Notes under the pieces: generated by a model
Told to the model about the DNA's origin: nothing
The model's database searches: none
Seen by the model: only the letters and a program-made list of their open reading frames with translations
Position numbers and translations under genes: made by a program
Part shown: piece after piece, positions 36,420 through 48,402 of the stretch
Layout of the letters: every line of letters starts with the position of its first letter
How positions within the stretch are numbered: position 1 is the first letter of the stretch
Source of the DNA: Phyllobates terribilis
Lineage: Eukaryota
DNA length: 52,616 nucleotides
Reading direction: 5' to 3'
Assembly: GCF_046119375.1 (NCBI RefSeq)
Contig: NW_027368056.1
Span: forward strand, 1-52,616

Positions 36420-39400
36420 ATGAGTTCTTCTAAGAACATAAATTACTCTTTTGTACTGGCTTGCTTCTTAATTGCCTCAAGCAGTTTTTGTCATTGCCAA
36501 AACCTAACAGCAAATCTTCTTGTCAATGCTTCTGATTCCAGACCCATTCCTGATACCCTTTTGGGAATCTTTTTTGAGGTATCCTAATCATTTTCCGTTA
36601 TACAATTTCCTGAAGAAATGGATTAAGAAAAGACCATTCTACTCACTGCACTGTAAAAATGGCTGTGCAGGAAATCAATCATGCTGGAGCTGGCGGGTTA
36701 TGGGCTGAGCTTGTCAGCAATAGAGGTATACTTTATTTAAAAAAACAAGTTTACTGAAATCTGAAATTCAGTTTCTAAAATGGTACAATGTTGTAATAGG
36801 ATTTGAAGCAGGAGGATTTCACACTCCATCCAATATTGATCCTTGGGGTGTAATTGGAGATGAATCAAGTATACGAGTCTCAACTGATTTTTCTTCATGC
36901 TTTGAGCGTAACAAAGTGGCACTCCATATGAAAGTCCTCTGTGATGATAATACTGCAACTGTTTGTCCAGATGGTGGAGTTGGAGTCTATAATCCTGGAT
37001 ATTGGGGCATGGTAATTATACACATTCATTCAAAAATATATGTCAAATTATAATGTCTGGTGTTCAATATGCTAACTTCTTTTTTGTTGCAGAATATTGA
37101 AGAGGGTAAGATTTATAAAGTGATTCTTTACACTCGTTCATTAGGTGCAATCAATGTATCTGTATCCTTAACCAGCTCAGATGGTTCACAAGTTTTAGCT
37201 TCCTCTAATATAATGTGAGAATTATATCTTTTTAAGAACTTAGACATAGTAGTGAGGTTCATTATTAACGTGTCATGTTTGTTGCAGATCTGATGAGTCT
37301 GTTGTTATTTGGACAAAAATGGAGGTCATGCTGAATGCTACTGATTCTGTTACAAATGCAAGACTTCAACTGACAACCAATAAAATAGGAGAAATCTGGT
37401 TTGATCAAGTTTCAGCTATGCCAAATGATACTCATATGGTATATTTGGTTATATCTCTTGGTGGAATATGTCAAAAAATAATGTCTCTATTTTCTTACTC
37501 AACATTCAGACAAAGCTGAAACATTGAAATTATGACTAGACTCAAGTATTCAAATACCATGGACCAAAACAATGAATATAAACCGGGTCCAAAAATAATT
37601 TCTCTTTTTTCTTTGTACATTTCAAAAATATTTGGTACACATTTTTGTGAATGTGTTGTATGGTAAACCAAAAACCTTGCTTGTACTATAGGGCCATGGA
37701 TTCCGAACAGACCTTATGGATAAGCTCAATGATTTGGAACCTAGATTTATCAGATTCCCAGGTAAACTTGAGTATATTTGTCATTATATTTTCCTTGTAC
37801 TACATTATAAAGGGATGCATCTATGATTGTTGCAGGTGGTTGCTTTGTTGAAGGGAATTATTTAAGAAATGCTTTTCGATGGAAAGAAACAGTTGGACCA
37901 TGGGAAAATAGACCAGGACACTTTGGTGATGTTTGGATGTACTGGACTGATGATGGACTTGGTTACTTTGAGTTTCTTCAAGTAAATTATCTGTCTATTA
38001 ATTCTTCAATCTGAAATCTTTTTTATAGCTAATTGTAACAACTAATGATAGTATCTTATATGCAGTTAGCTGAGGACTTAGGGGCTGCTCCTGTTTGGAT
38101 AATCAACAATGGTATGTAAAAGCAGTGAATCTCTTGATTTGTTCCGAATTAATTTATGAGCTTTTTCTTTGTGTGGAATGCAGGTTTCAGTCTTCGAGAT
38201 GAAGTTCCTCTATCTACCATTGCACCTTTTGTGCAGGTACTTATATAGCTACTAGCTAAATAGTGGTATTATCGGCATAAAAAACAAAACTTATGTACAG
38301 TATTTATAATGTAAATGAATTTTGTTCCTATAGGAAACGTTAGATAGCATAGAGTTTGCTAGAGGTGCGACTAATTCAACATGGGGTTATGTCCGAGCTG
38401 CAATGGGCCACCCTGAACCATTTGACCTAAAATATGTTGCAATTGGAAATGAAGAATGTGGAAAGGCAAATTACAGAGGTATGTACTTTACCCATTTTTC
38501 ATCTCTTCAATGTTTTCTTCAATTGGAACCAACTTCAGAAATAAGTCTTTCTTGTACTATGCAAATCTTTGTTGGCCAGCGAACTATCTCAAGTACTACA
38601 GTGCCATTAGAAAAGCATATCCAGACATCAAAATAATCACTAATTGTGAGGCATATCGTTACCGTTTGGATCATCCAGCACATCTTTATGATTTTCATGT
38701 AAGCCCCATTCAACATATTCTAGAAAAGAAACATATACATTAATAAGAAGAATAACCTCAACTAACTTTAGTGTTTCTTTGTCAGAGATACTTACCAGCT
38801 ACGCGTACATTTGACATGAATCATATTTTCGACAAATCCCCACGGAACGGCCCAAAAGTACCTGATCAACTTCCTTAATGACTAGCTGATTGTGTCATTA
38901 GCATTTGGTTTTAAGCATTGACACTAAAATAAATAAATAAAATTCAGGCTTTTGTGAGTGAGTATGCTGTCAGAAATATTGCTGATACTGGTAAAGGAAG
39001 TCTTTTGGCTGCTCTTGCTGAAGCTGCATTTCTTCTTGGAGTGGAGAGAAATAGGTCTGCATATTAACGACATTACATTCAAGATTATTATTAAGACTGA
39101 AAATTTGATTACTTTCCAACTAAATTGACTGCAGTGATCATGTGGTAATGGCAAGCTATGCTCCACTTTTTGTCAATGATAATGACAGAAGGTATGATTT
39201 TTTATTTCATATTCCTTGTTAAAAAAATCTCACCATTTTCTTGATCTTTTTTTCTTCTAGATGGAACCCAGATGCAATAGTGTTTAATTCATCACAAGTA
39301 TACGGAACTCCAAGCTATTGGATGCCAACTTTTCTTCAAGCGTTCTAGTGGATCTACTCTTCTACAATCTGTTCTCCAGACTAACTTAACTTCTGGTTGA

Positions 39401-40251
39401 GGCCACTTCTATCTCTTGGGAAAATCCAAATGATGGAGAGACCTATATCCTAATTAAGGTAATCAATTTTGAAAATATGAAAGCTTGTGATTAACTTCAT
39501 GGTTTTTTAAGTTTGGTTTTTGTATTTCAGGTTGTCAACTTTGGAAGTGATTATGTGAATCTTACAGCAAACATAGTTGGTCTAGATGCAAACACAGTCA
39601 ACCTGAAAGGCTCAGGAATGACTGTACTCACATCTGATAATGTGATGGATGAGAATTCATTTCAAGATCCAACCAAGGTAACTATAAGAAATTAAGACCA
39701 CACTTTGACTTTTGATACATCTTCACTTGCATACAGTGGCGGATGGGATGTCGGCCACGAAAACTTATTCTACGCGAAGCTGGGGAAATCTTTTTAAGAC
39801 ATAAATTTAGCGGAAATATTTATAATATCATCAAATAGACCGTAAATCAGTATAAATATTCATAAGTCAATCCGATATAGCATAAAAATGAAAATATTCA
39901 TTAAATCATCTCTAATTTATTAAATTATTGGGTCAAGGTTAACATATAGAAACATTTAATTATGATATCCAGCCATATTAATTATAAAGTTCTCTATAAT
40001 AATAATATTTTTTTGCTCTGTGGGACCAGCGGGGGCTTGAGACCCCACTGAGACCAAGGTGCATCTGCCGTTGCTTGCATAATGTGCTGTTTATGATCTT
40101 GTAGGTGGTTCCTGTGTCAGCTTCATTTGAACAAACAGGCACAAACTTGAACCTTGTTCTTGAACCATATTCTCTTACCTGTTTTGATCTGTTGAAGAGT
40201 AACTCGAGCTCCATAGGGTTCGACGTGAGTGTACCAAACTCCTCAATCTAA
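36420..40251 (+). CDS. ASD1: Alpha-L-arabinofuranosidase (GH51) copy 2, 17 exons, about 667 aa if two +1 indels in exon 15 are corrected
   Basis: Exons: 36420-36578, 36671-36725, 36800-37011, 37093-37214, 37288-37438, 37692-37761, 37836-37981, 38066-38111, 38184-38236, 38334-38478, 38580-38698, 38786-38857, 38948-39054, 39135-39191, 39261-39458, 39531-39677, 40105-40251. As written, extra C at 39325-6 and extra G at 39395-6 give a premature TAG at 39346. Confidence 0.9.
39734..40073. mobile_element. hAT-type MITE (340 bp) in ASD copy 2 intron 16
   Basis: Termini CAGTGGCGGATG / CATCTGCCGTTG (9 of 12 match). Perfect 8-bp TSD CTTGCATA at 39726-39733 and 40074-40081. Confidence 0.88.
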
Positions 40252-40919
40252 TCAAAACCCAGATCATGTAATTAGTTCATCAACTAGTTCACCTATACTT
40301 CTTTTACTCATATGGCATTCTTTCTCTACTAATTTCCAGTGTTGTCCTGTGTATAACAATCATGTGTGACATTGTTGTAATAACAGCATTTCATTGTTTT
40401 TCTCCTGGTTTACATTTATAGGATTGCAAGTTTCTCATGTGAAGATTGAAATACCATAATAACTAATTATAGGAATTAAGATGTGGTTGGTAGGATATAG
40501 AAATTCTATTAAGGCCCTAAATTTCAGGAAGTATTATTGTTAACTCCTGACATTTTGGATTACCTACCACACCATTGTTCTCCTGATTTTTGGAACCGTT
40601 GATTGTTTGGGGGAAAAACAGAGAGATGAAGCAATTGGGTGAGAGAAACAGAGGAAGCCATTGGAACAGGGGAACATGCTGTTGCGAAGAAGAAACATTC
40701 AATCCAGAAAGAATAAGAGATAAATCACGGCAGGGGAAGAAAATAAAAGATGAACTAGTTCTTCCCCTTGCTTAATCAAGTAGAGTTTCATAGATTTTTA
40801 TAGTTTCTTGCAATAGTTTTCATGAATCTTTCTTCTGATAGTAAAAAATCGCGAAAAAAACAATAAAAAGCAGGGGAGGGAGGAGTAGATACAGAAGAAA
40901 ACAGAGTGGAGATTTGAAT

Positions 40920-43036
40920 ATGAACATTAATGATGGGAGCAACAAAAGTGCCCCAAATCTTACTACATCCAGATCCAACCCGGCTTCTAAACCCAGAAGA
41001 CTCTATTCAGTTTGGCCTGCAAATAATGTATGTATGCCATTTTTCTGATCACCTTTGGAAATTCAAGTTGCACCATCTTTAGATTCTGATTTTATGATAT
41101 ATTTGCTGAATGGTTTTCTTGTCATCAGTTCCTTAAAGAAAGAATGTGCTACTATCTAGTATTTCTCTGACAATGAATATACAATCAGATCAGTAACTTG
41201 GTTAATTTGAAGAAATTTGATTGGACGGATGAAATGAGTTCGTGTGAGACATTGATCAAAATTATTTTGTGTGTGATAGATGAAGATATTATGTGTTGTC
41301 CCCCTATAAATGGAGGAAAGACTAAACAATACAATATACTCAGTGTTCATGTGTGACAGATGAAATGAGCTCTTGTGTAACGGACGAAATGGGTTCGTCT
41401 GAGACATAAAAGATAATTCCTCTCAAAAAAATGGAATAAGGACTATGTTTAGGATTTTTTCTATGTGCAATGCTTAGTAATGACCTTTTTTATAGTCAAT
41501 GGATACTCCATATCACATTTGGTTGAGACTTGTTGAAGGCTAGTAGCTAATGAGTTTAATTCTTCATTTATAAAACAATGGCAGAGATTTTTGTGTGGTG
41601 GAAGATTGATATTCGGTTCAGAATCAAAGTCACTCTACTTGACGACCTTCATGATAGCCTTCCCTTCCATAACATTTTGCATAAAAACACTAATCAGAGT
41701 CAGAAATCATGATCCCATCATTGGCAAAATAGTACTGATCATAGGCATTGCCCTCACTATACTGGTAATACCCACTTTGCATTTCTAATTTCATGATTTC
41801 TGACAATTAGGTTAGCTTCAATTGTATGTATAACACAGTTGTACTTGTTGACATCATCTTAGGCTATGTTGTTCCTGTGCATGACATCAGCTCGGGATCC
41901 GGGTATAATCCCTAGGAACCTCGAACCTGATCCTATGAGGTTGCAAGAAACATCTTTAGTACGTTGGGAATCAAATTCAAGCATCAAGCTTCCACCAACA
42001 AGGATGGTCAAGGTAAATGGACATACTATCAAGATCAAGTACTGTGAAACTTGTCATGTGTATCGCCCTCCTCGCGCTTCCCATTGCTCGGTTTGCAATA
42101 ATTGTGTGCAGAAGTTTGATCATCACTGTCCTTGGGTGTGTCAATGCATTGGATTGGTAAGTCCAAAATCAATTGCATATAAGATAAATGGTTTCATGCA
42201 ATGTCAGTCAAGTTTCTGCTGAAATAAGACCTTAAAATGCGAAAACTTCGCAGTCAAACTTTATTATCCAAATTTTGAACATTTATGTACTCGTGAAGCT
42301 ACTAAAAAAAAGAAAGTGATGAAAAAAGCGACATGGTGGCAATTCTGTAAATAACTCAAAATTTATTTTTCTTTCTTTTTTAGTAGGTTCAGAAATTCAT
42401 ACTGTATGTCCATAGTTTAACACTCTACATTCAGTATTTGGATAGAGAGATTCGGTTAAGAAGTTTTCGTATTTTAAGGTCTAATTTCAGCATAACCTGA
42501 TTCTTAAATTTGAGGACTAATTCAAGATGCACGAATGATACTTGCAGCGAAACTACAGAAGTTTCATGATGTTCATATCATCAACGACATTGTTATGCAT
42601 ATACGTGTTTGTAATCTCATTGATCAGCCTTCTTAATCGAGGCATCAACATCTGCCATACGGCAGTAGATGATCTCATTTCGGTTGCTCTTGCTCTTTAT
42701 TGCTTCATAATTGTGTGGTTCCTCGGAGGTCTAACCGTCTTTCATTTCTATCTCATCTGCACAAATCAGGTAACTAATATAAGTTTTTTCTCCATAAAAG
42801 TTTATATTAAGCATTCATTCATGATTAAGTCTCATTTTGGTGACAGACAACTTATGAGAACTTCAGGTACCGTTATGAAGGGAAGAATAATCCATACAAT
42901 TTGGGTGTTTCAAACAACATGAAACAGGTGTTTCTTCTTAAGAACACCGCCGAGTCAAGTTAACTTCAGAGAGTGGGTTGTTGTGGAAGAGGAGAAGTGC
43001 AGCCAAAGTGGTGATGACAGTTCAGAGGTTGAATGA
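40920..43036 (+). CDS. DHHC protein S-acyltransferase (PAT), 5 exons, about 330 aa if one +1 indel is corrected
   Basis: Exons: 40920-41027, 41585-41764, 41863-42156, 42548-42769, 42847-43036. Motifs [33 protein letters not shown] and [12 protein letters not shown]. Extra T at 42931-3 gives an early TAA at 42961. Confidence 0.9.
41224..41406. repeat. Short imperfect direct repeats in PAT intron 1 (probable MITE remnant)
   Basis: GACGGATGAAATGAGTTCGTGTGAGACA (41224) and ACGGACGAAATGGGTTCGTCTGAGACA (41380), with a partial third copy between them. Confidence 0.4.
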
Positions 43037-43641
43037 TGTTTTTGAAGAGGATGAAGCTATGACAGGTAGAAGAAAGTAGAGGGGAATTTCTCTGCCTCTC
43101 TGATTCTGACATCAAATATTGCATAAAGATTCAAGATTTGACAGAAGACGAAACACAGGCACAAGGAAAAGCCAAGTCTATGTTCAGCTGAGCTTGCATC
43201 ATAGTCGAACAATGAAGAACGCTCCAAAAAAGATGCTTTTTTGATAAGTTGTTATTTGTATGGTCAATCAGAAACAAAGTTTAACAGTGTCAGTATGATT
43301 TTTGAATTGACAGATAAATCGCTCTCAGCATGTGTTTGATTTAATAACATACAGAATCTGAAATAGTGTAAATATCTAGATTCTTTCACAGACCAAAATG
43401 CCCGCTGATTGGTTTACATTATTTTATACTCCGAATCAATTGTTTGTTATTGTTGCCGGAAGATGCCCGCTTTCACGTTCGCCATTGCAGAGATAACTTA
43501 TTCAATTCAGTACAGCACAGCTAGAAGACAAGATAAGGCTTCATATTCGCTGTTCAATCGGTAGTAGTCCGATCACCCCCCCGTAATTCCAAGTTTTTGT
43601 ACAGAAAATCGCTTCGAAACGCGAAGATTTGAATCCAAAAA

Positions 43642-44580
43642 ATGGGAGAAATTGAGCAGAAGAGAGAGCTGAAACAGGTCAAACGACTCAAATCCCACAA
43701 CAATCGAGTCAAAAGTCCAAGCAACACCCAGATTTTGATTTCCGATTTTGTCTGTCTATCTTATGGGTTTATTCGAATTCCATCATCAAGCTACTGGTTC
43801 ACCAAGGTGTTAGGTTTACCTCATACTCTCACCGCCGATATCGTTACTTTGTCCTTCAAGATTATCAACATGTTTATCTTCGCCCTACTTATTAGCATCA
43901 GCAAAGGCGGATCCTATTAATCCTCTCACGTTATGGCTGCTGCCGTATCTGGTGGTTTCAGTCGCTTTCTCTTCACCGTCGCCGCTAGAATCCCTGCGCA
44001 GGTATCTCAGATTGGAAGTTCAATTGTAATTTCATACTGTTGAATTATGTTTCTAACTGCTAGCTTCATATGGCTTGCTGTGCAAATTTCAGGTGTTTGG
44101 ATCAATTGTAGGAGTTAAGCTTCTTATAGCTACCATCCCTGGTATCGGACGAGGGCCAAAGTTGAATGTTGAAATTCATCACGGTGCATTGACAGAAGGA
44201 GTTTTGTCATTTATGATCGCCATTATTTCAATGGACTAACGAAGAACTTACCTGGAAGTTTCTATATGAAAAACTGGATCTCAAGTATTTCGAAGATCAC
44301 CCTTAACATTCTTGGTTCTGATTTAACTGGTGGATGCATGAATCCTGCTTCTGTATGTGCCTTTCTGATCTCTATTTGATTATATTCGTGTGTGGATTTT
44401 CATAAGACTGATGCATCGAATTTGCAGGTAATGGGATGGGCATTTGTTCGTGGCGATCATATAACTCAGGAGCATCTAGTTGTTTACTGGCTTGCTCCCA
44501 TGGTTGCAACTTTGTTTGCTGTTTGGGTATCTAAGTTTCTGTTCATGACACGAAAGGATTTGAAGACAAAATCAGAATAG
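43642..44580 (+). CDS. SIP2;1: Aquaporin SIP2 (small basic intrinsic protein), 3 exons, with five single-base indels as written
   Basis: Exons: 43642-44001, 44093-44352, 44428-44580. Restored frame gives KGGSYNPL, RIPAQ, GPKLNVEIHHGALTEG, DLTGGCMNPAS, VYWLAP and a C-terminal KTKSE dilysine motif. Indels near 43753, 43803, 43917, 43930 and 44233. Confidence 0.9.
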
Positions 44581-44859
44581 TCTTCGTATTAAGTTTATGC
44601 TCAAATCTTGTCTGAGCTCCAACACGATCTATGACAAGCTGCATCTTAATGAGCAAGTTTGTAAAATAGAGCTTACTTTTATTTGGCAAGATTCGGTTTA
44701 CATGCTAATTTGTTCAGTTAATATGGCTATATCTCAAACTGCACCCAGCATATTAAAAGCTACTCCAGTAACCAAAATTATTCTGAAACAATAACATAAA
44801 CATAAGCAATCAAGCTAGATTTTAACAAGAAACAACATACATAATTACATATGTATGCA

Positions 44860-46245
44860 TCAAACTGCTACAACTTCCACTTCATTTTTCTCCACCTTGT
44901 CTGTTTCTTGAACAATAACACCGTTACTGCAGTCATCTACCACCACCAAGATCTCCTTAACCCGGTTCTTAATCTGCTCAGTCATCACTTCATCTGAAAA
45001 CCAAAATCAAATCTTGGTTAAAGGAGATGAACACGACAAGATTGTTGATGAAAGAGTTAAAGCATCGTACCTAGCCTTGGAACAAGATGGCCTTGTGGGT
45101 GCCTAATTATGAGAGGATCAACAAATGCAGTGGCGAATTCTTCAGAAGGTTCATTGAGATGATCCTTTGCACCTATTATATGAACCGATTTAACCTTAAT
45201 CGGATCTTTGTAAGCCACTTCGCACATAGCTGGATCTCTGAACTTTGTTCCTGAAATGGACACAAACAGTTTGAATGGAGGGTGATCCTTCAACAGCTTC
45301 CCTTGTGCTTGATACCCCATCAATAGCCCTGATAATGTTGCACCCTGTATTAATTTATTTCTACAAATTAAACAGGTTGTTCAATGAAATTAACTACTTA
45401 ACGGGTCAATCATTTATCTCTTACCTGGGAGAATCCTAGTAGACCATCAAAAGGTCCTTTGCTTGTGATGTAATCACATAAATAGGAGATGCATTCGTCA
45501 AGTTTGTGTATTCAGTGAAGTCCTAGTACACAAATTGCATATACATTACTTATTTACTTGTACTCATATTTTATATGTATATCAAACGAGTCCTTAGAAA
45601 TAACCATACAGGGTTGAATTGGAACCATTCGAAATAAGGAGGTGGGAAGAATCCTTCAATATCTGATTTGCCTCCAGCAGGAACTTGCCATCTGGGAAAT
45701 CTGTTACAGATTAAACTTAGGCATTGTTAGCTTGAGTAAGTAAGTTAAAATAGGATTTTTTTATTTATAAGGAGGTTTATAGAAATAATTGTTTGGCTAT
45801 CACAATTTATAATGTCATTTTTCTTACTTTTACTTCTACTTTTTGACACGCATTACAAAGTACGAAAACCCCCTTAAAAATAAGCTACTTATAATATAGA
45901 AAATTGAAGCAAGGCGAACAGACCCTTAATTTTCTTTTAAAATAGTAATAATACTTCTTTCGGAATTTGTATAATCGTAAAACTCTCACCTAAGCCTGAT
46001 CGTACTAAAGGTCCATGTATAAACATAAACCCTAAAATTTGGAATTAAAATTTCAGTATGATAAATGACAAGAAAGAAAAGGTAAAATATATGGTTACCA
46101 AGTCAAAATGAGAGAGTATAGAAGGACCCCATCTCCCAATTTGTTTCTTAAGAAAAGCACCACTAGTTCTGAAGCCATGGAGGCACAGGATCTTCATCTT
46201 CTTCCCCTCAACTTCAGTACCAGCTGCTGCTGCTGCATCTTCCAT
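44860..46245 (-). CDS. FSH1/OVCA2-family serine hydrolase, 5 exons, with three -1 indels as written
   Basis: Exons: 46245-46099, 45700-45610, 45522-45425, 45344-45071, 44993-44860. Motifs KILCLHGFRTSG, PPYFEWFQF, GPFDGLLGFSQGA (nucleophile) and HPQGH. Exon 2 is 2 nt short and exon 3 is 1 nt short of frame. Confidence 0.9.
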
Positions 46246-46705
46246 TTCTTCTTTCTCTGTCTCTGACAATTAAGTCTATTATTAGTTTTTATAAACGTAA
46301 GTACGCAACGGCTATTCAGTGACGAGTGATGCATGATGATATTCATTATTCACCCTCCACATCTACCCCCATAATAGGAGATTGATAAGAGTTTAGAGCT
46401 AGCTAGCTACCTACCTACAATGACACACTCTTTCAATGTGATCGGTGGAGTTTGAACGTAAGGTTAGTAAACCATGCACGTGCATGCATGTATAATATTG
46501 TACCTAATTGCTATTTCTCGATCGAGTAACGACTTCCCAAAACCAAAAATTAATTCACGGATGAGGACCGGCCACTTGGTTAGCAAAGGATGGACAAGGG
46601 ATCATGCAGGAAGTTCAATAAAATTGCATCCTAAATAATTAGAAATATGAGGAGACATCTCATTTTTTTTATAATCAACGTCTTAACAAACTCATGAAAC
46701 CGGAA

Positions 46706-47150
46706 TGTTGAATTGTTTGAATGCCAACAAAAACGAGATACTTCATTACTTGAATTGGAAAAGCTTAAATGCAAAGAGACTACTGGCCTAACTCCTAACT
46801 ATCCAGCATGACTCAAGTTTTTAATTCCTTAAGCTGCTAACTAATTTGACCCACTCTTTACTTAATTGACTTAAACAAAATAGCAACAGACTCAATAATA
46901 ATAGACCCAACATAATAACATAAATGCATAAATAAAATGCCAACAAATCCTCCCCTTTAAACTCAACCACTTAGGTTCGAGTTTAACCACCAGCAAACTC
47001 TAATCACTGAGAACGGGTTCTTCAATGACACCCAGCTGACTTCTCAAATTTTCAAGCACTTCTAGTTTCACTGCTTTCGTCATAATGTGCAATCTGATAT
47101 TTTGTGCCATAATACTCCAACTTGATGTTTATGTGCGAAAAGTTCATGAT
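46706..47150 (-). mobile_element. Truncated Ty1/copia 3' end: RNase H C-terminus, PPT and a 240-bp 3' LTR
   Basis: Minus strand gives IKLEYYGTKYQIAHIMTKAVKLEVLENLRSQLGV (copia ADIxTK region). PPT AAAGGGGAGGATT at about 46946-46958. LTR 46706-46945 bounded by TGTTG/CAACA. Confidence 0.75.
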
Positions 47151-47823
47151 TATATGTTAAAAAGTGCATGCTAACGTGTTAAAAGTGCAACCGAACTATG
47201 CATGCATACAGAGGTCCCCGGCTTGTTTCTTTTATATGCATAAAACAAATTGTAGTTTTTTTGGCATGCATAAAAAGGTATTTTGGCTTGCATGTAAAAA
47301 AGGGCCTCCGACTTCCATTTTTTATATGATCTAACAGTCTAAATTTGTTCTCATTTTACACCATAAACCCCCAATTCACGTGATCTTTTCCTTAAAAAAT
47401 GTATAGATTTTTTTTCAACCACCATATTATTCTCCCATTTTCTTAATCAATTATGCATCTATTATCTCATACTAAATCTTTTGTAAGGGGTTTTAACGCG
47501 CACTTTCATTTTTGGAACCCACACTCTTTGATAGGCACATATCAAATGCACCTTCTCTGTCCTTTCTCTCCCAGGTAAGCACATAAATATACGCATATAC
47601 GAGAATATCCTTACAATTTTCGGGAATATGCCTCACATACCCGCTTTTATAATTGTTTACTCATTTTATCATATCATTCCCTTGCATATATATATCTTAA
47701 CGAAAGAAGAAGAGTGCTCTCTTTTCCTAAAAAAACAACGCGCCCCATGCGCTTGTTTCCGTTAGGGACTTGAGATATCTTTGGAGGACTACCTAGTCCT
47801 CTGTTGCAACCCTCGATGTCAAT

Positions 47824-48402
47824 ATGCATTGGCCCGAGCCACTGTCGGATACCCCGCCACCTCTGGTGATTATGGATTGCTCGTTAGCCATTGAAATTTC
47901 CACGACTTCTCCCTTGAATGGATCTGATAGTGGTCAAATGCAAGCTAGTCCTAGCACTGGGAAGGAGATACCAAGTGTAGCACTGAAAGAGGGTAGAGTA
48001 GGACCTCCATCCCCAACCGCGTCTATCCCGGTAACCCTGGAGAAGTCAACGTCCTCAGCAAGCTGATCAACAGGTTCAAAACAACATGAGGCAGAACAAG
48101 AGGATGCTATCTTCAAGGGAAAAAATCACAGTTACTATCCCTCTTGAGGAGTATGAAGTCCCGGTATTAACTATGGGACAAGAGGCGATAGAATGTTTGG
48201 ACAAGATTTGGAAGAACTCAGTCATCATTAAGCTGCTTGGTGACCCCACAACCTCCTGTATAGAAAAATCAAGGGTGTGTGGAAACCTGGAGGAAGATTT
48301 ATCATCATGGATCCCCTGAATGGTTTCTCTATAGTGAGGTTTGAGCTTGAACTGGACTTCTTCAACGCCCTCACCAGAGTACCGTGGATTATCTTTGAGA
48401 GA
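47824..48402 (+). mobile_element. LINE (L1) ORF1 fragment, DUF4283-like, frameshifted and cut by an LTR
   Basis: WKNSVIIKLLG then, after a shift, LYRKIKGVWKPGGRFIIMDPLNGFSIVRFELELDFFNALTRVPWII. This matches the plant LINE ORF1 pattern. Confidence 0.75.

Noticed and set aside
36420-46245. A cluster of four true pseudogenes
   Set aside because: All lesions are homopolymer +/-1 indels with intact splice sites and motifs. Assembly error is the simpler explanation until reads are checked.
20219-46245. A functional biosynthetic gene cluster (hydrolases, acyltransferase, channel)
   Set aside because: The genes belong to unrelated housekeeping families with no shared pathway. Only the GH51 pair is a tandem array.
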